64,000 bases of DNA, taken from contig JBAZKC010000003.1 in assembly GCA_041651035.1 (NCBI GenBank), positions 5,153 to 69,152 on the forward strand. Direction: 5' to 3'. Positions 35,844 through 46,253 of the stretch are shown here, in pieces. The notes under the pieces were generated by a model, which was not told where the DNA came from, did not search any database, and was given only the letters and a program-made list of their open reading frames with translations. Origin of the DNA: Candidatus Omnitrophota bacterium. Its GTDB lineage: Bacteria > Omnitrophota > Gorgyraeia > Gygaellales > Profunditerraquicolaceae. The translations under genes were made by a program, and so were the position numbers. The stretch's first letter is position 1. Each line of letters starts with the position of its first letter.

Positions 35844-38297
35844 ATGAAAAAGAAAATTATCCTTGCTATTATTATCCTGATTACGCTTATCGGCGCCGGT
35901 ATTGTTTATTTGAATAATACCGTCCTGCCCACTAAAATAAAGAATTTGATCGTTAGCAGCCTCCAGGAGAAGACCGGGAAAAAAGTCAGTATCGGGTCAT
36001 TGCGGTTAAATATATTTAAGGGCCTGGTGTTAAAGGATCTGGCTGTTTATGATGATAAGGGGCCTATTATGAAACTGAAAGAAGGCTCATGCACGTTCCT
36101 TATCTGGCCGTTTTTTAAGAAAATGGTCATTATCCCCGGAGTAAAGCTGAAATTCCCGGAAATATTCTTAGAGCGGAAGCAGGATGGGACGTTTAGCCTT
36201 CAGGATCTATTCTCCGCCGCATCATCTTCAGCTCAAGCCGCGGGATTCAAGGTGTTGGTTTATAAAATAGTTATAACCGGCTCTGAAGCCCATTTTAAGG
36301 ATAATTATTTCGCTCCGCCATTTACCACGGATATCAAGAATTTGGATATTACTCTGCATTTATCCCTGCCTGCAAGCGTAAAATTTAACCTCAAAGCGGA
36401 AGTCCCGTCAAGCCGGCCCATGAAAATAAACGTGGCAGGCGAATTTAAGATCCCCGAGGGGAAATTGGCCGCCAAGGCCTCTATCCAGGACCTTTCTCCG
36501 AAAGATTTTTCTGTTTACTATCAGCATCTGGGTATCAATGTTGGAGAAGGTTTAATAAACGCTTTGATAAACCTGGAGTTTAAAGAGGGGATAATTTCTG
36601 CCGGGCTGACAGCACAGAATAATAATTTAGAGATATCTAAAGAAAAGGCCGCGGCCAGGTTGAGTTCGGTTATAAACGCCAGCTTCCAATATAACCTGAA
36701 AAGTAAACAGATCGAAACCCGCGGTAAGATAACGATCATTGACTCTGAAGCTACAGGGGTAGGGGACCTTGGCCGGATAAGCGGCATCAACGGAGAAATA
36801 ACATTTGATAATTCCGGGATTTTCGCTGATAAACTTAGCGCTAATATCTGGGGAGTGCCGGTAAATGCCAGGATAAGCTTAGCAGGTTTTACTAATTCTT
36901 TACTCAGCGTTAATATTACTTCCAGTTTTAGCCTGGCTGCTCTTCAGGGCATATTAAAGGATAAATTCAGGTTTAGTCTTCCTGGTGATGTCTACGGAAA
37001 AAGTAATTTATCTTTGACAATACAGGCCAAGATACCGTCTGTAGACCATTTGGATATAAGTGGCTACCTGGATATCTTAAGCGGCGCACTAAGGTTTGGC
37101 AAAGCAGGCCCTGTCGTTAGTGATATAAATGGCAGGATAGAATTCAAGCAGGCTCAGCTTAAATGCCCTGAATTAAACTTTAAATACCTGGGAATACCTT
37201 ATAAAGCATCGGGGACGGTGACTAATTTTCAATATCCGCGAATACAATTTACGGCATATTCAAAAGACTTCTCTTTGGAATCAAGCCTGGTGGTCGGCCA
37301 TAAGTTAATTGATTTATTAAAATGCAAGGGCCGGTATCTTAATTCGGAATTTACGTTTGCAGGGTCTATCAACACCGAATCCCCGCCTGAATTAAATACG
37401 GATATAAAAGGAGAGTTAAATATAAATCTGGAGGATGTTAAAGAGTTCTACCCAAAATTAAAGACCCTTCTGAAGCAGGCTGACCCGAAAGGCTTGATAC
37501 AGGCGCAGTTTGGCGTAAGCGGTAATGTAAACAATATTAAAACTTGCGCGGTTACTGTAAGCCTTTCCGGCTCTGGGGTTTCGGCCTATGGATTCAAAGC
37601 CGAACAACTGTTTTTAGATTATAATCAGGCAGGCGGGGTTATTAGCATTCCGCTGGCGCGTTTATCCTTGTATGGCGGGACTATCGAGGCCGCTGCCAAG
37701 ATGAACCTTAATTCAACTAACGTTCCTTATTGGGTTAGCCTGGATATGCAAGGCGTAAAGATCGAGAAATTAAAGCTTGATACGGGCGTAAAAGACAAGG
37801 ATATCGCAGGGACTATCAAGGCGCAGGTTAAGTTAAGCGGATTTTCTGATGACCTTTCCCGCTTAAGCGGAGCGGGGAATATTTTTATTAGCGAAGGCAA
37901 GCTCTGGCAATTGAATTTATTCCAGGGTTTAGGTTCGCTGCTTTTTGCCAGAGATTTTGCCAGTATTGTTTTTAATGAAGGATCCTGTAGTTTTTCTATT
38001 GCCGATAAGTATATTTTTACCGACAATTTAAAATTAAAAAGCAATATTACCAACCTGTCCGGTTCGGTAAAAATAGGTTTTGATAACTCCATTGCCGCTT
38101 CTCTTGATGTGGAGGTTTTAAATGAGATGGTCCCCTTATCGGGGACTTTTAAAGATATTACCACCGCTATAATAGATAAGGCGGGCAGGTTCGGGGTGAT
38201 AAAGATCAAAGGCACGCTCAAAGAGCCGAAATATAAATTTCAGCCGGCAGTAGTAGACATTATTAAAGGCCTAAAGGATGCTTTGTTTGGGCAATAA
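35844..38297 (+). CDS. AsmA-family outer-membrane assembly protein
   Basis: N-terminal TM anchor (ILAIIILITLIGAGIVYL), 817 aa beta-rich repetitive protein of AsmA/TamB-like composition. Confidence 0.6.
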   Translation: MKKKIILAIIILITLIGAGIVYLNNTVLPTKIKNLIVSSLQEKTGKKVSIGSLRLNIFKGLVLKDLAVYDDKGPIMKLKEGSCTFLIWPFFKKMVIIPGVKLKFPEIFLERKQDGTFSLQDLFSAASSSAQAAGFKVLVYKIVITGSEAHFKDNYFAPPFTTDIKNLDITLHLSLPASVKFNLKAEVPSSRPMKINVAGEFKIPEGKLAAKASIQDLSPKDFSVYYQHLGINVGEGLINALINLEFKEGIISAGLTAQNNNLEISKEKAAARLSSVINASFQYNLKSKQIETRGKITIIDSEATGVGDLGRISGINGEITFDNSGIFADKLSANIWGVPVNARISLAGFTNSLLSVNITSSFSLAALQGILKDKFRFSLPGDVYGKSNLSLTIQAKIPSVDHLDISGYLDILSGALRFGKAGPVVSDINGRIEFKQAQLKCPELNFKYLGIPYKASGTVTNFQYPRIQFTAYSKDFSLESSLVVGHKLIDLLKCKGRYLNSEFTFAGSINTESPPELNTDIKGELNINLEDVKEFYPKLKTLLKQADPKGLIQAQFGVSGNVNNIKTCAVTVSLSGSGVSAYGFKAEQLFLDYNQAGGVISIPLARLSLYGGTIEAAAKMNLNSTNVPYWVSLDMQGVKIEKLKLDTGVKDKDIAGTIKAQVKLSGFSDDLSRLSGAGNIFISEGKLWQLNLFQGLGSLLFARDFASIVFNEGSCSFSIADKYIFTDNLKLKSNITNLSGSVKIGFDNSIAASLDVEVLNEMVPLSGTFKDITTAIIDKAGRFGVIKIKGTLKEPKYKFQPAVVDIIKGLKDALFGQ

Positions 38298-38385
38298 TCA
38301 GGGACTGGGTCCGAGATGTAGCTCTCGAAAGGTTGTTCTTAGGAGCCTGTCCCTAAAATAAAAATGAGGGACAGTCCCTGTCAAA
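38289..38385 (+). repeat. Degenerate REP-like element of family A (GGGACTGgGTCC…TGTTCTTAGGagCCTGTCCCT … GGGACAGTCCCTG)
   Basis: Aligns with the elements at 40001-40062 and 44585-44641. Confidence 0.45.
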
Positions 38386-38388
38386 GCT

Positions 38389-39036
38389 ATGCGCGCTATC
38401 TTAAGAGTGTTAAAATTGATTAAGGGGCAGGTTAAGGATTTTAAGGTGCCTTCGGTTACCGAGATATCTTATAAGAAAGACCCTTACCGGGTTTTGATCT
38501 CTTGTATCTTGAGCCTGCGCACCAAAGATAAAACTACGCTTGAGGCCAGCAGCAGATTGTTTAAAGCCGCAAGCACCCCGGGCGATATGGTAAGATTGCC
38601 TGGCCGGCGCTTAGAGCGGTTGATATATCCCGTAGGTTTTTATCGTAATAAAACAAAGGTTATCCTGGAGGCATCCAGGAAGATCATCAAGGACCACGCG
38701 GGCCGGGTCCCGGATAAATTAGAGGGCCTGCTGGAATTTAAGGGCGTGGGAAGAAAAACCGCTAATTTAGTCCTGGGGTTAGGTTATAATATACCCGCTA
38801 TTTGCGTGGATACGCATGTGCACAGGGTCTCCAACCGCCTGGGCTGGGTAAAAACAAAAGCACCCGAAGATACCGAAGAGGCTTTAAAAAAGATCATACC
38901 TAGGGGCCGGTGGATAGTTTTAAATACGCTGCTGGTAGCCTTTGGCCAGAATATATGCGTACCGGTTTCTCCTTTTTGCGGCAGGTGTTTCGCGCGTAAA
39001 CTTTGTAAGAGGGTAGGAGTAGTTAGGTCGCGTTAG
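38389..39036 (+). CDS. nth: Endonuclease III (HhH-GPD DNA glycosylase/AP lyase with 4Fe-4S cluster)
   Basis: HhH motif LEFKGVGRKTANLVL; CVPVSPFCGRCFARKLC (Cx6Cx2Cx5C). Confidence 0.85.
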   Translation: MRAILRVLKLIKGQVKDFKVPSVTEISYKKDPYRVLISCILSLRTKDKTTLEASSRLFKAASTPGDMVRLPGRRLERLIYPVGFYRNKTKVILEASRKIIKDHAGRVPDKLEGLLEFKGVGRKTANLVLGLGYNIPAICVDTHVHRVSNRLGWVKTKAPEDTEEALKKIIPRGRWIVLNTLLVAFGQNICVPVSPFCGRCFARKLCKRVGVVRSR

Positions 39037-39069
39037 TATAAAGGCAGTATAAAGAAAGAGGAAGAGGCG

Positions 39070-40014
39070 ATGAGAATAAAAGATACCGAGATCAAAGTTA
39101 TCCAAGGCGATATTACCGGATTAAAAGTTGAGGCAATAGTAAACGCGGCTAACAATGAGTTAGTGATGGGTGGAGGGGTCGCGGGAGCCATAAAGAAAGC
39201 AGGGGGCAAGGTTATTGAAGAAGAAGCGGTTAAGTCAGGCTCGATAGATATCGGCCAGGCTGTTGCCACTTCCGCCGGGAAACTTCCCGCCAAATACGTG
39301 ATACATGCCGCGACCATGGGAATGGATTTTCATACGGATGAAACCAAGATCAGGAATTCCTGCAAGAATGCTTTAAGGGTAGCCGAGGAGCTAAAGGTAA
39401 GTTCAATAGCGTTTCCTGCTTTAGGCTGCGGCACAGGAGGGTTTCCTTTATTGGCCTCAGCTAAGATCATGGCCCAGGAGGTGCTTAAGCATTTACGCCA
39501 GGAGAAATCGTTTCTAAAAGAAATAATTTTATGCCTTTACGATAAAGAGGCTTACGCGGTATTTAATAAAGGCGTAACCGGATACCTGGAATATGTTACA
39601 CGCAAATTACAGGCAGGGCCGTTTACTACGGTAGACGCTATAATTGAGGTTGAGGGAGGTATCGTGATCATTAAAAGAAGTAATCCTCCTTTTGGCTGGG
39701 CTTTGCCGGGGGGATTTGTTGATTACGGAGAGAGCCTGGAAGAAGCGGTGATAAGAGAAGCAAAGGAAGAAACCGACCTGGAATTAACCGGAGTAAAACA
39801 ATTTCATACTTATTCTGATCCTGACCGTGACCCGCGCTTTCATACAATCGGGACGGTATTTATCGCCGGCGCAAAAGGCAAACCTAAAGCAGGGGATGAT
39901 GCCGCGGGAGTAAAGGTAGTGAAGTTAAGTGAGATCTCCGATCTGGAGTTCGCTTTTGACCATAAGAAAATTATTCAGGATTATATAAAATATAAAACAG
40001 GGACAGTCCCCTAA
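39070..40014 (+). CDS. Macro domain::NUDIX hydrolase fusion (ADP-ribose processing)
   Basis: N-terminal macro-domain pattern ([32 protein letters not shown]…HAATMG); C-terminal Nudix box [24 protein letters not shown]. Confidence 0.7.
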   Translation: MRIKDTEIKVIQGDITGLKVEAIVNAANNELVMGGGVAGAIKKAGGKVIEEEAVKSGSIDIGQAVATSAGKLPAKYVIHAATMGMDFHTDETKIRNSCKNALRVAEELKVSSIAFPALGCGTGGFPLLASAKIMAQEVLKHLRQEKSFLKEIILCLYDKEAYAVFNKGVTGYLEYVTRKLQAGPFTTVDAIIEVEGGIVIIKRSNPPFGWALPGGFVDYGESLEEAVIREAKEETDLELTGVKQFHTYSDPDRDPRFHTIGTVFIAGAKGKPKAGDDAAGVKVVKLSEISDLEFAFDHKKIIQDYIKYKTGTVP

Positions 40015-40062
40015 GAACAGCTCAGCAGGAGCTGCATTTCGGGGACAGTCCCTGTTTTTTCT
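40001..40062 (+). terminator. REP-like family A element acting as a terminator between convergent genes
   Basis: CAGGGACAGTCCCC…inner CAGCTC/GAGCTG hairpin…GGGGACAGTCCCTG followed by TTTTTT; its first 14 nt encode the last codons (…KTGTVP*) of the Macro-NUDIX gene. Confidence 0.6.
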
Positions 40063-41947
40063 ATCCCTCTCGTAATTGTTTTTCCGCGTCTACGATATCC
40101 CGATTGATCACCCGGATGGTTTCTTTGATCTTATCTTTTAAGATATGCGAAGAGACTGGGGCGTCTTTTATTTCCCTTAAGATCTGCACACTCATTCTAA
40201 AGTAGCGCACTACCTCGCCTTCGTCAGTATCCGTCAGCCGCAGTGTTTTGTCAAAATTAGTGCCGCGCAGCCATGCTTCTATGCCGGCGCTTAAATGAAA
40301 ATAAGGCAATTTACTAAAAGGGTATATCCTGTAACGCCGCTCCTGGTGTTTTATTTTATCGTATATCTCTTCGCAGGCTCTTTTTATGGAGCGGGTGGTT
40401 TTAGAAAGCCCCAGAGGCATACGCTGGTTTTTTCTCGGTTCGAATACAACCGCCGCCGCTAAAACGCCTAAGCCGAATTCGTCTAGCTGTTCCAGCATTC
40501 CTTCCGCGTATAGTTCGGATAATATTAATTCATAGCCATAAACCGTCTTGGCAAACCGGCCTTTTTCAGTCAATTCCCCGTTGTCTATATAACCTGAATC
40601 TTTAAGCAGTTTGAGTTTGCTTTCCAGCAGCCTGAGGGCTTCTTTTTGTTCATTCTGGCGGGATTGGAAATAATGCAAGGATAACGGATAGATCTTAAGT
40701 AAGCCCTCTTTGTGTTTCTCATAAAGGTTAAGTATGGTGGCATAAGATGTATTTAATTGGCTGCGGACTTCTTCGGGCTGGCCGAAAATAATACGCTGTA
40801 CCTCCGGCGGGGTTATCCTTTGCGGGTTGACGCGGCAATATACAAAGCCTTCTGTGTCTATGCCTCGCCTTCCGGCGCGGCCGGCCATCTGGTAGAAATC
40901 ACGGGTCTTTAAGTTCCTTACGTAGCGGCCGTAGAATTTTCTTAAGCCGTCGAAACATACTGAGCGGCTGGGCATATTAATGCCTAAAGCAAAGGTCTCG
41001 GTGGTAAAAATTACTTTTAACAGGCGGCTGGTAAAGATGCGCTCCACTACTTCTTTTAAGGTCGGAAGCATCCCGGCGTGGTGGAAGGCAACGCCTCTTT
41101 TGATCAAGGGGTATAATTCCTGGGCGGCCCGTTCATTGCTTAAGCCAAAACGCTGGCAGAGAGAATTAAACATAGATATGATCTCTTGTTCTTCGCTTTT
41201 ATTCAAGAAATTATAACTGGATAATTCAAAAGCCAGCTCTTCAGCCCGCCTTCTGCCAAACACAAAATATATGGCGGGCAGGCCGTTCTTCTCGCGCAGA
41301 TAATTTATAAGAAAGCTTAATTTCCCCGGTTTAGCGTAGCGGAATCTTTTTAGATAATCTACCTTGTCCACTATTTCATTAGCGCACTGGAAGAAGAAGT
41401 GCAGGGGGACGGGCCTTTTTTCCTCAATCACCGTCTTGATCGGCTTTTTATGTATGGATTCTATCCAGGAGGCAAGCTGTTTTATGTTGGGTATGGTCGC
41501 CGACAACCCCAGTAAATTCATATGGGCCGGCAGGAACATCAGGGATTCTTCCCAGACGGTCCCGCGCTCGGGGTTATCAATATAATGGATCTCATCGAAG
41601 ATGATCCAGGAATATTTCTTCAGGCTGTCCGGTTCGTCTAAGACCTTGTTGCGGAATATCTCGGTGGTCATGATCAGGACCGGCGCGTAGGGGTTTATGG
41701 ATACGTCTCCGGTTAAAATACCTATATCGTCTCCGAATTGGCCCTGGAAATCCCGGAATTTCTGGTTAGACAGGGCTTTGATGGGGGCGGTGTAGATCAC
41801 GCCTATTTTATCTTGGATCGAAGAGTTAATGATATGCTCGGCAATCACCGTCTTACCCGCGCCTGTGGGCGCGGATACTATTACCGAGAACCTTTGGTTT
41901 ATATGATCAATTGCCTCCTGCTGGAAACGGTCGTATTGCATAAGCAC
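40061..41947 (-). CDS. DEAD/DEAH-box (Ski2/Lhr-like) superfamily 2 helicase
   Basis: SAPTGAGKT (motif I), DEIH (motif II), SAT, QMAGRAGRRG (motif VI). Confidence 0.75.
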   Translation of the reverse strand: MLMQYDRFQQEAIDHINQRFSVIVSAPTGAGKTVIAEHIINSSIQDKIGVIYTAPIKALSNQKFRDFQGQFGDDIGILTGDVSINPYAPVLIMTTEIFRNKVLDEPDSLKKYSWIIFDEIHYIDNPERGTVWEESLMFLPAHMNLLGLSATIPNIKQLASWIESIHKKPIKTVIEEKRPVPLHFFFQCANEIVDKVDYLKRFRYAKPGKLSFLINYLREKNGLPAIYFVFGRRRAEELAFELSSYNFLNKSEEQEIISMFNSLCQRFGLSNERAAQELYPLIKRGVAFHHAGMLPTLKEVVERIFTSRLLKVIFTTETFALGINMPSRSVCFDGLRKFYGRYVRNLKTRDFYQMAGRAGRRGIDTEGFVYCRVNPQRITPPEVQRIIFGQPEEVRSQLNTSYATILNLYEKHKEGLLKIYPLSLHYFQSRQNEQKEALRLLESKLKLLKDSGYIDNGELTEKGRFAKTVYGYELILSELYAEGMLEQLDEFGLGVLAAAVVFEPRKNQRMPLGLSKTTRSIKRACEEIYDKIKHQERRYRIYPFSKLPYFHLSAGIEAWLRGTNFDKTLRLTDTDEGEVVRYFRMSVQILREIKDAPVSSHILKDKIKETIRVINRDIVDAEKQLREG

Positions 41948-42023
41948 ATTATACCTAATTTTGTTGATTTATCTAATAAAAATAGTAAAATGAATGAGAG
42001 CGTCGATATAGTCAGGGGTTGAA

Positions 42024-42575
42024 ATGAGTTACGACATAGCCATAAATAAGGCCTGGGATGAGCTTGCTAAGTTAAACCCGGGCAATACCTTTTTAGTTAA
42101 ATTCCTGGCCGACGAGTATACTATTGACTTAGGGGTTAAAAAAGTCCTTTCCTTGTCCTGTAACACCGTAGCAGGTGATTTTACGGCGATCCTGATACTG
42201 CATTACGCCAGGCAAAAGTTAAAAGGGCTGCCGGATCTGACGGGAGAGTGGCTTACGTTCAGGGAATTATCAGGCATAGAAGGTTATTATCCTGCTTTCA
42301 GAAAACGGGCTATAGAGCCGGTGATCAGGAAATACGGCAATAACCCTTTAGGGATATTACAGGTTTTAGAGAGGCTGCCGGCTAAGAGAGCAATGGAGCC
42401 GGATGTTTCTATTATCCTGGAGGCGTTTGAGGGAGTCCCTGCGTTGATCAAGCTCTGGGGCAGCGACGATGAATTCGGTCCGGACGCGAACATGCTTTTT
42501 GACAGGAGTATAAAGGCGATATTCTGCACTGAAGATATAATAGTGTTGGCAGGTATTGTAGCCGCGAGTTTATGA
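42024..42575 (+). CDS. Hypothetical protein (DUF3786-like, uncertain)
   Basis: 183-aa ORF; assignment from weak recollection only. Confidence 0.3.
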   Translation: MSYDIAINKAWDELAKLNPGNTFLVKFLADEYTIDLGVKKVLSLSCNTVAGDFTAILILHYARQKLKGLPDLTGEWLTFRELSGIEGYYPAFRKRAIEPVIRKYGNNPLGILQVLERLPAKRAMEPDVSIILEAFEGVPALIKLWGSDDEFGPDANMLFDRSIKAIFCTEDIIVLAGIVAASL

Positions 42576-42609
42576 TAAGGGATTATTCCTAAAACACGGA
42601 GGATATAAA

Positions 42610-43176
42610 TTGATGAAAACTTTTAGAATGATTTATGTATTTTTTTCCGCCTTCCTGTTATTAACTCTTTATTCCTGCAATAAAGACCAGGCAACGGTTT
42701 ATTATTCCGAAGACGGCACGTTTAGCGTTCCTTTTGGCAAGAGTTATAATTATGCCGATGTGTTTATTAAGAGAGTGGTTGATGGTGATACCTTGGTGTT
42801 GGAGAACGGGGAGAGGGTGAGGCTTATAGGCATAGATACTCCTGAGATGCATGAATCCAATAAGCTTTCCCGTGACGCCCGGCGCTCCGGCCAGGATAGA
42901 AAAACTATCCAGAAATTAGGCACAAGAGCGTATGAGTTTACGAAAAATTTAGCAGAGGGTAAGCGCGCCAGCCTTGAGTTTGATGTAGAAAAACGGGATA
43001 GATACGGCCGGCTGCTGGCTTATGTTTATTTAAAAGACGGCACATTCCTGAACGCGGAGATCGTAAAACAGGGGTATGCTTCTTTGATGACCATATCCCC
43101 GAACGTTAAATACTCCAGCATGTTCTTAGAGCTGAACCGGCAGGCGCGTGAAGGCCATAAAGGGCTCTGGAAATAA
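42610..43176 (+). CDS. Thermonuclease (staphylococcal nuclease-like), lipoprotein/secreted
   Basis: RVVDGDTLVLENGERVRLIGIDTPE SNase motif; signal ending …LLLTLYSC. Confidence 0.8.
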   Translation: MMKTFRMIYVFFSAFLLLTLYSCNKDQATVYYSEDGTFSVPFGKSYNYADVFIKRVVDGDTLVLENGERVRLIGIDTPEMHESNKLSRDARRSGQDRKTIQKLGTRAYEFTKNLAEGKRASLEFDVEKRDRYGRLLAYVYLKDGTFLNAEIVKQGYASLMTISPNVKYSSMFLELNRQAREGHKGLWK

Positions 43177-43197
43177 TATAATATTACGGAGGTAAAA

Positions 43198-44241
43198 ATG
43201 TTAAGATGTTTGTCTGCGGGTGAATCACATGGAAAAGGCATGGTGGCGGTCTTAGAGGGTATGCCGGCGGGGCTGCGTTTGGAATCAGGCAGGATAAATA
43301 AGGAATTAAAACGCAGGCAGCAGGGATTCGGCCGCGGCAGGCGTATGCGGATCGAAAATGACCGCGCGCAAATAATCTCCGGTTTAAAGAATGGGGCAAC
43401 TTTGGGCAGCCCTATTGCCATATTGATCGAGAATAAAGATTTCAGTATTGAAAAACTGAAGAAAGTAATTGACCCCAGGCCGGGGCACGCGGATCTGGCA
43501 GGCTTGTTAAAATACGGGTTCAGCGATATAAGAGCTGTCCTGGAGCGCGCTTCAGCCAGAAGTACCGCGGCAACTGTGGGGACGGGCGCGATATGCAGGA
43601 TCTTTTTGAGCGAATTTGGCATAGAAATATCCAGCAAGGCGTTATCTGTCGGGGGAATGGATTCTAAGCAGGAGATTACAGAGAAGATCACCGAGGCGAT
43701 TGAGGCAAGAGATACAGTGGGAGGGGTTTTTGAAGTTCTGGTAAAAGGCGCGCCCGTAGGCTTGGGCAGTTATACGCATCCGGATAGGCGCTTAGACGGC
43801 AGGCTGGCCGGAAGTGTGATGTCTATACCGGGGATTAAAGGAGTTGAGATCGGCTTAGGTTTTGGCTATGCTGATAAATTCGGCTCGCAGGTCCACGACG
43901 CGATATACCATAGTAAGTCCAAGGGGTATTTTCATCAGACAAACAATGCCGGCGGTATTGAAGGAGGCATTTCTAACGGCGAGGATATTATTCTGCGCGC
44001 CTGTATGAAACCCATAGCTACGTTAATGGATCCGCTGGATTCAGTAAATATTGTTACCCGAAAGGCCTCTAAGGCAGCCGTGGAACGTTCAGATACCTGT
44101 GTAGTGGAAGCAGCCGGCGTGGTCGCGGAATCAGCCTGCGCTTTTGTATTGGCGGATGTATTTTTAGAGAAATTCGGAGGCGACAGCCTTTCGGATATAA
44201 AAAAGTCATATTCTGATTACAAGAAGAGGATCAAACGGTAG
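43198..44241 (+). CDS. aroC: Chorismate synthase
   Basis: AGESHGKG and RPGHADL signatures. Confidence 0.9.
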   Translation: MLRCLSAGESHGKGMVAVLEGMPAGLRLESGRINKELKRRQQGFGRGRRMRIENDRAQIISGLKNGATLGSPIAILIENKDFSIEKLKKVIDPRPGHADLAGLLKYGFSDIRAVLERASARSTAATVGTGAICRIFLSEFGIEISSKALSVGGMDSKQEITEKITEAIEARDTVGGVFEVLVKGAPVGLGSYTHPDRRLDGRLAGSVMSIPGIKGVEIGLGFGYADKFGSQVHDAIYHSKSKGYFHQTNNAGGIEGGISNGEDIILRACMKPIATLMDPLDSVNIVTRKASKAAVERSDTCVVEAAGVVAESACAFVLADVFLEKFGGDSLSDIKKSYSDYKKRIKR

Positions 44242-44307
44242 CCGTTCTTTGGATAAAAATATTCTGTTAGAAAGTTATTTCCTTTCCGTCTATTAGATTG
44301 GAAGGGG

Positions 44308-44574
44308 GTGATAACGATGACAGAAGGACCATGTTTAAAGGTCGTGCGGCTGCACCGTTTTGACGGCAACACAAAGACAAAAGCTTTTGCCGATATTGCT
44401 GTCGGGGATTTTATCGTTAAGGGCTTACGCGTTGTAGAGGGGCAGAAGGGATTGTTTCTGTCTATGCCGCAGGAAAAGGCAAAGGACGGTAAGTGGTATA
44501 ATTCCTTTTATCCCGCGACCAAAGAAGCGCGGCAGGGCCTTACGGATATAGTTTTAGCAGCGTATGAGGAGTAA
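44308..44574 (+). CDS. spoVG: SpoVG-family protein
   Basis: VRLHRFDGNTKTKAFADIAVGDFIVKGLRVVEGQKGLFLSMPQEK… matches the SpoVG pattern. Confidence 0.65.
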   Translation: MITMTEGPCLKVVRLHRFDGNTKTKAFADIAVGDFIVKGLRVVEGQKGLFLSMPQEKAKDGKWYNSFYPATKEARQGLTDIVLAAYEE

Positions 44575-44584
44575 TTAGCAGAGT

Positions 44585-44641
44585 AGGGACTGTCCCCGAA
44601 ATATCGCTCCCGGTGAGCTGTTCTTAGGGGACTGTCCCTAA
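44585..44641 (+). repeat. REP-like family A element (GGGACTGTCCCCGAAAT…GCTCC…TGAGCTGTTCTTAGGGGACTGTCCCT)
   Basis: ~90% identical to the reverse complement of 40001-40062. Confidence 0.55.
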
Positions 44642-44652
44642 TTCGTATTAAT

Positions 44653-45162
44653 ATGAAAAATATTTATTTAGTCGGGTTCATGGGTACGGGCAAGACCGCG
44701 GTAGCTAAAGAGCTCTCCAAAAAAAAGAAATGGCGCTTCGCGGACCTCGATGAATTGATAGAATTAAAAGAGAAGAGAAGCATCGCCGATATATTTGCCG
44801 AAGAGGGAGAGCCGTATTTTCGCCGGATAGAACATAAGGCCCTAATAGAGATTTCTAAAGAAAAGAAATTCGTGGTTGCCTGCGGAGGCGGTATTGTTAT
44901 AAACGAGGCCAATATAGAGATAATGAAACATACGGGAATTATGGTTTGCCTGACCGCCAACACCCAGGTGATATTAAACAGGACTCTAGCGTACGCGCAC
45001 CGGCCTCTCTTAAATGTGCCTGATCCCGCTAAGCAGATAGAACTGCTGCTTAAATTGCGCGCCCACTACTACGCGCGGGCAGATGAAACTATTGATACCT
45101 CTAAACTTTCCGTAAAAGAGGCAGCAGGCAAGATCTTGAAATTAACCTCTAAGAAAAAATGA
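44653..45162 (+). CDS. aroK: Shikimate kinase
   Basis: IYLVGFMGTGKTAV P-loop; size and context next to aroC. Confidence 0.85.
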   Translation: MKNIYLVGFMGTGKTAVAKELSKKKKWRFADLDELIELKEKRSIADIFAEEGEPYFRRIEHKALIEISKEKKFVVACGGGIVINEANIEIMKHTGIMVCLTANTQVILNRTLAYAHRPLLNVPDPAKQIELLLKLRAHYYARADETIDTSKLSVKEAAGKILKLTSKKK

Positions 45163-46253
45163 ACCGTCTGGAAGCTCTTATCGGCTTAAACCTTGTTTCT
45201 GATATCGGCAGCATCAGGCTTAATAAATTGCTTGAGTTTTTCCATAAGCCGGAAAATATCCTAAAAGCTTCTCCGGAAGAATTAACGGCAGTTTCGGGGA
45301 TCGGGGAAAAGACAGCACATAAGATACGTTCGCTTAAAAAAGAGGAACTGGATAAAGAGTTTTCGCTGGCCAAGAAGCACGGCTTGAAAATCCTGACGTT
45401 AGATGACAGCGGCTATCCTGAGAACCTTAAAAATATACCTGACCCGCCGATCGTGTTGTATGTTAAGGGTGAGTTAAAGGCGGAGGATAAGTTCAGTATC
45501 GGGATCGTTGGTTCGCGCAGGGCGTCGTTTTATGGCTTGGATAACGCGCGGAAGTTCGCCTTAGACCTGGCGGATAAGGGCCTTACTATCGTCTCAGGCA
45601 TGGCCCGCGGCATAGATACTTACGCGCACCGCGGGGCTTTGAAAGCGGGCGGGCGCACCATCGCGGTTTTAGGCAGCGGGTTTAATAATATATACCCGCA
45701 GGAGAACAAAGGATTAGCTGAAGAAATATCCGGGTCAGGGGCGGTGATTTCTGAATTTCCTATAAACATGCTGCCTCTTAGGCAGAATTTTCCCCGCCGT
45801 AACCGCCTGATCAGCGGTATTAGTTTAGGCATATTGGTGGCTGAAGCGGCCAGAAACAGCGGCGCGCTTATTACCGCGGATTTCGCTTTGGAACAAGGCA
45901 GAGAAGTATTTGCCTTGCCGGGTAAAGTTGATTCCAGTACGTCTTACGGGACCAATGAATTAATAAAACAAGGGGCAAAATTGGTTTCCTGCCTGGATGA
46001 CATACTGGAAGAGTTATTGGTAGCGCCTCTGAATAAGAATTGTAAGCCGCAGGCAGCCCCGGAGGAATGCTCGCCGGTAAATGATGAAGAAAGGCGGGTA
46101 TACGAATTGATAAAAAAGCAGTCCATTTTGATGGATGAAATAGCGGAAAGGACGAGTTTTGACATCCCCAAGATTTCTGATATACTTCTAAAGCTAGAGA
46201 TAAAGAAGCTGGTCAGGCAATTACCGGGTAAACAATTCGCGAAAAATAAATGA
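45159..46253 (+). CDS. dprA: DNA processing protein DprA/Smf
   Basis: IVGSRRASFYG…GMARGIDTYAHRGAL…PGKVDSSTSYGTNELIKQGAKLV. Confidence 0.85.
   Translation: MNRLEALIGLNLVSDIGSIRLNKLLEFFHKPENILKASPEELTAVSGIGEKTAHKIRSLKKEELDKEFSLAKKHGLKILTLDDSGYPENLKNIPDPPIVLYVKGELKAEDKFSIGIVGSRRASFYGLDNARKFALDLADKGLTIVSGMARGIDTYAHRGALKAGGRTIAVLGSGFNNIYPQENKGLAEEISGSGAVISEFPINMLPLRQNFPRRNRLISGISLGILVAEAARNSGALITADFALEQGREVFALPGKVDSSTSYGTNELIKQGAKLVSCLDDILEELLVAPLNKNCKPQAAPEECSPVNDEERRVYELIKKQSILMDEIAERTSFDIPKISDILLKLEIKKLVRQLPGKQFAKNK

Noticed and set aside
45159-46253. DprA as a ShosA-like partner of the PRTase-motif protein (ShosTA-like system)
   Set aside because: It lies 24 kb away and is embedded in the conserved aroK-dprA-topA housekeeping arrangement, so it is not a defence partner.
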